Positions 33,631 through 36,946 of a stretch of DNA of 36,946 bases are shown piece after piece. The position numbers and the translations under genes were made by a program. The notes under the pieces were generated by a model. It ran no database searches. It saw nothing but the letters and a program-made list of their open reading frames with translations, and was not told the DNA's origin. Position 1 is the stretch's first letter. Each line of letters begins with the position of its first letter. Source of the DNA: Minisyncoccota bacterium. GTDB lineage: Bacteria; Patescibacteriota; Minisyncoccia; Phycocordibacterales; UBA2100. The DNA lies in assembly GCA_018061585.1 (NCBI GenBank), contig JAGOTU010000002.1:1-36946 (forward strand), given 5' to 3'.

Positions 33631-33726
33631 AAATATTCACCCGGGCAGCGATGCCTGCCCCGTCCGTTTGATTGGACCTCTAAAGGAAAACTGTCTTTAG
33701 TTGGGAATCCGTGCTAAAAATCTCCG

Positions 33727-34863
33727 ATGAATACAGAAAGCAAAAAGGGATTGGGGTCACATCCTTTTCAGAACGTAAAAGTCACCCGCGACACCGATCG
33801 TTGGGAGGCTTCTATCACCGCGGAGATCCCTGCGGAAACACTTATCAAATACCGCGAGCATGCGCTCAAGGATATCCAGAAGACCGCGAAGCTCGATGGC
33901 TTTCGGCCCGGCAAGGCTCCGGAGGATCGCATCGTTGCTGTCTATGGCGAGAGCCAGATCCTTCGCCATGCTGTAGAGCACGCGATCGAGCACGAGTTAC
34001 CTAATTTGCTCGCGGAAGAAAAGCTCCCCATCGTCGAAGCTCCGCGGGTCACGACCGATGCACCAACACTCGATAAGCCAGTAGTGTTCACCGCCCGCGC
34101 TGCACTCGCGCCGGAAATTAAACTGGCTGACTACAAGAAGGTCTCGAAGAAGCACATGGAGAACAAAGAGGATACGAGTGTCTCAGATGCCGAACACCAG
34201 GAGGCGCTCACGTACTTGCGCCGCGAACGCAGCCGCATCGACAAGATCGAATCCGGCACCGACGCAGAGCAAGCAGCCGAAGAAGCAAAGGCGATGACGG
34301 ACGCCGATCTCCCTGAGCTCGACGATGTGTTCGTACAAACGCTCGGTTACGAAAATACCGCAGCATTTTCCGAAGCGCTCCGAAACAACATTCAGACAGA
34401 AAAAGAAGTCCGCGCGACCGAAAAACGCCGTGCAGGTATCCTCGACGACATGGTGAAGGATTCTACCGTCTCATATCCGATCTCACTCCGCGAATTCGAG
34501 CTCGAAGAAATGGAAGGCCGATTGAAGGACGACCTCTCCCGAGCAGGCCAATCGATCGATTCCTACCTGAAAGAAACAAAGAAAACGCGTGAAGAACTAC
34601 TTGAAAGCTGGAAGGATGCAGCGGATAAGCGGGCCAAGGTCCGTCTGATCCTCGCAGAGATAGCTCGTGAGGAGAGGATTAATCCCCCGCAGGCCGAACT
34701 CGAGCACGAGCTTGAACACGCCAAGCAGCACTACCCACAAGCAGACCCGGAGAACCTGCGGGCGCACATAGCGCACGCGATGCGCAACGAAATGACGCTG
34801 CGGTTCCTCGAAGGAAACACCGAGCCCGTTGGGCATACTGCCGAACACCACGCACACGAATAA
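33727..34863 (+). CDS. tig: Trigger factor lacking the FKBP/PPIase domain
   Basis: N-terminal ribosome-binding signature GFRPGKAP, with a C-terminal arm domain. Only about 22 aa sit where E. coli TF has its roughly 100-aa PPIase domain. Confidence 0.85.
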   Translation: MNTESKKGLGSHPFQNVKVTRDTDRWEASITAEIPAETLIKYREHALKDIQKTAKLDGFRPGKAPEDRIVAVYGESQILRHAVEHAIEHELPNLLAEEKLPIVEAPRVTTDAPTLDKPVVFTARAALAPEIKLADYKKVSKKHMENKEDTSVSDAEHQEALTYLRRERSRIDKIESGTDAEQAAEEAKAMTDADLPELDDVFVQTLGYENTAAFSEALRNNIQTEKEVRATEKRRAGILDDMVKDSTVSYPISLREFELEEMEGRLKDDLSRAGQSIDSYLKETKKTREELLESWKDAADKRAKVRLILAEIAREERINPPQAELEHELEHAKQHYPQADPENLRAHIAHAMRNEMTLRFLEGNTEPVGHTAEHHAHE

Positions 34864-34867
34864 CAGA

Positions 34868-34896
34868 AAGTCGCCCGAGAGGGCGACTTTTTCGTT
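34868..34896. terminator. Bidirectional rho-independent terminator
   Basis: AAGTCGCCC-GAGA-GGGCGACTT followed by TTTCGTT. Confidence 0.8.
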
Positions 34897-34899
34897 CGA

Positions 34900-35160
34900 C
34901 TACCGACTATAGTACGTGTCCTCGTCGTAGCCGAGGAATTGCAGACCGGCAGATGTGAGCTCGATCCCAAGTACGACATTTGATCCATGGTCCCACAGCT
35001 TGAATGCGTGATGATCGTCTTTGATCAATCTGCAGAGCCCGCAATCAGCTGAAAGCAGTACTGCCCGGACATCGGCCGCAGTCTCAAATACAGTGCCGCA
35101 CTTGAACGCGTTCCCCACGATACGAACAACGCGTTCGATCTCAAGATCGTACGTACTCAT
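34900..35160 (-). CDS. Hypothetical 86-aa protein
   Basis: AGGAGA lies 5 nt before the ATG, and the gene has its own promoter. No recognised domain. Confidence 0.6.
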   Translation of the reverse strand: MSTYDLEIERVVRIVGNAFKCGTVFETAADVRAVLLSADCGLCRLIKDDHHAFKLWDHGSNVVLGIELTSAGLQFLGYDEDTYYSR

Positions 35161-35187
35161 TCAGTCTCCTGTCAGTTGCCGACCCGG

Positions 35188-35216
35188 AGTATGTGCAGCC
35201 TGAGCGACCGAGTCAA
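35188..35216 (-). promoter_or_regulatory. Sigma70-like promoter for 34900..35160
   Basis: Minus strand reads TTGACT-N17-CATACT. Confidence 0.5.
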
Positions 35217-35232
35217 GAATCGACGCGACCCC

Positions 35233-35568
35233 TCAATGGATCGTTTCGTCCGCCGGCTTCGGAACGTAGGTCAATATCGCGCGCATGATCTTACTGAGCT
35301 GTTCATCGGAGTGCGGATCAATGGTCGATTCCGGCTTGTCATCTACGTACGTACGATATTTGTCATGATACGAATTGTCCATCCACCACTTCATGACGGT
35401 ATTTCCACTGAATGGCATCGAATCGTACTCATCGGGTTTGTTCTCTGTGCGAATACGGTTCTTAAAAGCGTACTCCGCAATAAAGGCCTGTATTTTGTAA
35501 TTGGAAAGCAGCGCTTCATGCGGAAAAGCATCTATCTTCTTATTGATGCGGTCCATCGACTTTCCCAT
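35233..35568 (-). CDS. Hypothetical 111-aa protein
   Basis: ORF without overlap, 18 nt after the upstream stop. No recognised domain. Confidence 0.55.
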   Translation of the reverse strand: MGKSMDRINKKIDAFPHEALLSNYKIQAFIAEYAFKNRIRTENKPDEYDSMPFSGNTVMKWWMDNSYHDKYRTYVDDKPESTIDPHSDEQLSKIMRAILTYVPKPADETIH

Positions 35569-35586
35569 ACAAAAACGATATCACGC

Positions 35587-36946
35587 CTAGGCGGCCCAGC
35601 GGTCATGGGTGCCTGCAGCTTGTCGCTCCGCGCGCCGTCTCATCTTTTCGAACAGACCGTCCTTTCCGTTAAACATTTTGAGCGACAGCTCATCGAGTCG
35701 CTGCCTGACCTCGGATGCGAACCCTACTACACGGTAGCCGCCGTGCGGATTACCCTCTGCTAGATGGAATCCAAAAATGAGTGCCGCTTTGGCCATCCGG
35801 CTGTTCGTAAAACCTTCGAAGGCGATTAGTGGTCGTAATTCGCCGTTATCGACCCGATCAAAGTATTGCTTGAGATCTTCATAGCCCGCGAGGAGATATT
35901 GCGTTCGCTTTTCGGGCGTATATGAGGTCGACCCTTCCGGTGTAAAGTCCATACTACCGATCTCGCCCTTGGAGATATCGACGCCGTGCTTTGCGGCGAA
36001 TTCTTCCAGTGAGCGAGGCGTACGCGAACCCATGTGCGCATTGACGCGTAGACCTTTCCCCGAGAATCGGTACGGATCAATCTCCCCGCGGTATAAATTT
36101 TCATTATTCTCCCGGGAACGTTCGCGCCTGTTTTCGCTATCACCCTCATACGACTCGTCATCCCAACGGTCATAGTGGTCAAAACCATGATCCTGCTCAT
36201 GGCTCTCGTCGTAACCGTAACGATCACGCTGTCTGCGTTGTTCGGGCAGATCAAGCGAGGAGAAATCGCCCCGATGAAGCGCGAGCATTTGACGGTCTCC
36301 GAGCGGTCGGTACTGGCGACGAGTGAAGTATTCGACCGACGCGACAGTTCCTGTCGTTGCAAGAACAGTTGCAAGCTCCTCCCTCACCCCCCGCGTTCGT
36401 ATTGCGGTGATCATCCGGTCGGCCACCATTGCTCGCGTTGCGATCGATTCCTCGTAGCGGACATCGCGCATGATCCCGCACAATTGGCGACACGCTCGCT
36501 CTATAACGCCACGCTGTTCGTACTGTTCGTCGTAGTAGTGTGCATTGTCGACTACCGACAAGAGAAGAGGAACTGAGCTCACGTCGGTTATGCCGTCCAT
36601 CATATTCAGTGTGTATTGCATGACCTCCGGAGTATCAAGTCCACTGCGCGTCAAATGTTTACAGATCGAATAGAAGGAGTCCGCAGTGAAGTGAGCCCGG
36701 GCCGTTTCGACAGGAAGAACCCCGCTGTGCGTGTCTGGTGTTCGTTCAATAAGCCGCTCTTGCGCCAGTAGGAACATATACATATCAATGTCCTCTTCCT
36801 CGGCCAATTCGATCTGTCCCAGATCGCCCATTTGTTCGGTCGAAAGATACTGCGAATACAGGTCGCGTTCTTCCGCCGCCTCTTTCTCATGACGGGCAAT
36901 TTCATGCTCGAGATCACGACTCGCGTCCTTTCGCAAAATAGCGTCA
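35587..36946 (-). CDS. Hypothetical large protein, helical-repeat-like N-half, acidic linker, unknown C-domain; 5' end may lie outside the window
   Basis: The frame stays open from 36936 to the window edge. Contains a low-complexity DRYGYDESHEQDHGFDHYDRWDDESYEGDSENRRER linker. I see no Walker or nuclease motif. Confidence 0.6.
   Translation of the reverse strand, partial: DAILRKDASRDLEHEIARHEKEAAEERDLYSQYLSTEQMGDLGQIELAEEEDIDMYMFLLAQERLIERTPDTHSGVLPVETARAHFTADSFYSICKHLTRSGLDTPEVMQYTLNMMDGITDVSSVPLLLSVVDNAHYYDEQYEQRGVIERACRQLCGIMRDVRYEESIATRAMVADRMITAIRTRGVREELATVLATTGTVASVEYFTRRQYRPLGDRQMLALHRGDFSSLDLPEQRRQRDRYGYDESHEQDHGFDHYDRWDDESYEGDSENRRERSRENNENLYRGEIDPYRFSGKGLRVNAHMGSRTPRSLEEFAAKHGVDISKGEIGSMDFTPEGSTSYTPEKRTQYLLAGYEDLKQYFDRVDNGELRPLIAFEGFTNSRMAKAALIFGFHLAEGNPHGGYRVVGFASEVRQRLDELSLKMFNGKDGLFEKMRRRAERQAAGTHDRWAA

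Noticed and set aside
1-36946. Alternative genetic code (UGA recoding, as in some candidate phyla)
   Set aside because: All conserved proteins are full length under the standard code, and TGA is used as a genuine stop, for example traX at 29250-29252.
1-36946. CRISPR arrays, tRNA/rRNA genes, IS elements, integrases or recombinases
   Set aside because: I found no regularly spaced short repeats and no transposase or integrase-like ORFs. The only significant repeats are the pilB 3'-end duplication and the two inverted-repeat elements reported above.

Overview
36.9-kb gene-dense chromosomal window, mostly minus-strand. All conserved proteins are intact under the standard code. Housekeeping genes present: fusA, rpsG, rpsL, rpmB, ung, rnhA, recJ, pgk, tpiA, nusA, ppa, tig, an Fe/Mn SOD, a HIT protein and an M50 protease. 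They are interleaved with four other groups. (i) A type IV pilus-like module at 23437-31130: pilB, an antisense traX, pilC and three pseudopilin-type genes, two of them very large. (ii) A DNA-uptake and processing neighbourhood at 12268-19132: recJ, rnhA, a ComEC channel lacking its MBL domain, and a separate membrane-anchored MBL gene. (iii) Large secreted Cys-rich or peptidoglycan-binding proteins at 1-3983 and 19579-21186. (iv) Uncharacterised genes at 9477-10205 and 34900-36946. I recognised no rRNA, tRNA, CRISPR array, transposase or integrase. The gene content fits a small-genome Patescibacteria/CPR-like bacterium, but that is inference only. Observations most worth follow-up: a 40-nt copy of the pilB 3' end 103 nt downstream of the real one, bracketing a very GC-rich structured spacer next to traX; two long inverted-repeat elements in intergenic DNA (23339-23432 and 21185-21298); -10-like hexamers 6-7 nt upstream of many start codons, suggesting leaderless mRNAs; a PG-binding/PKD/Kazal-like secreted protein; and an unrecognisable gene trio at the right edge. 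An ORF at 1-496 (minus strand) is missing from the supplied track because it runs off the window.
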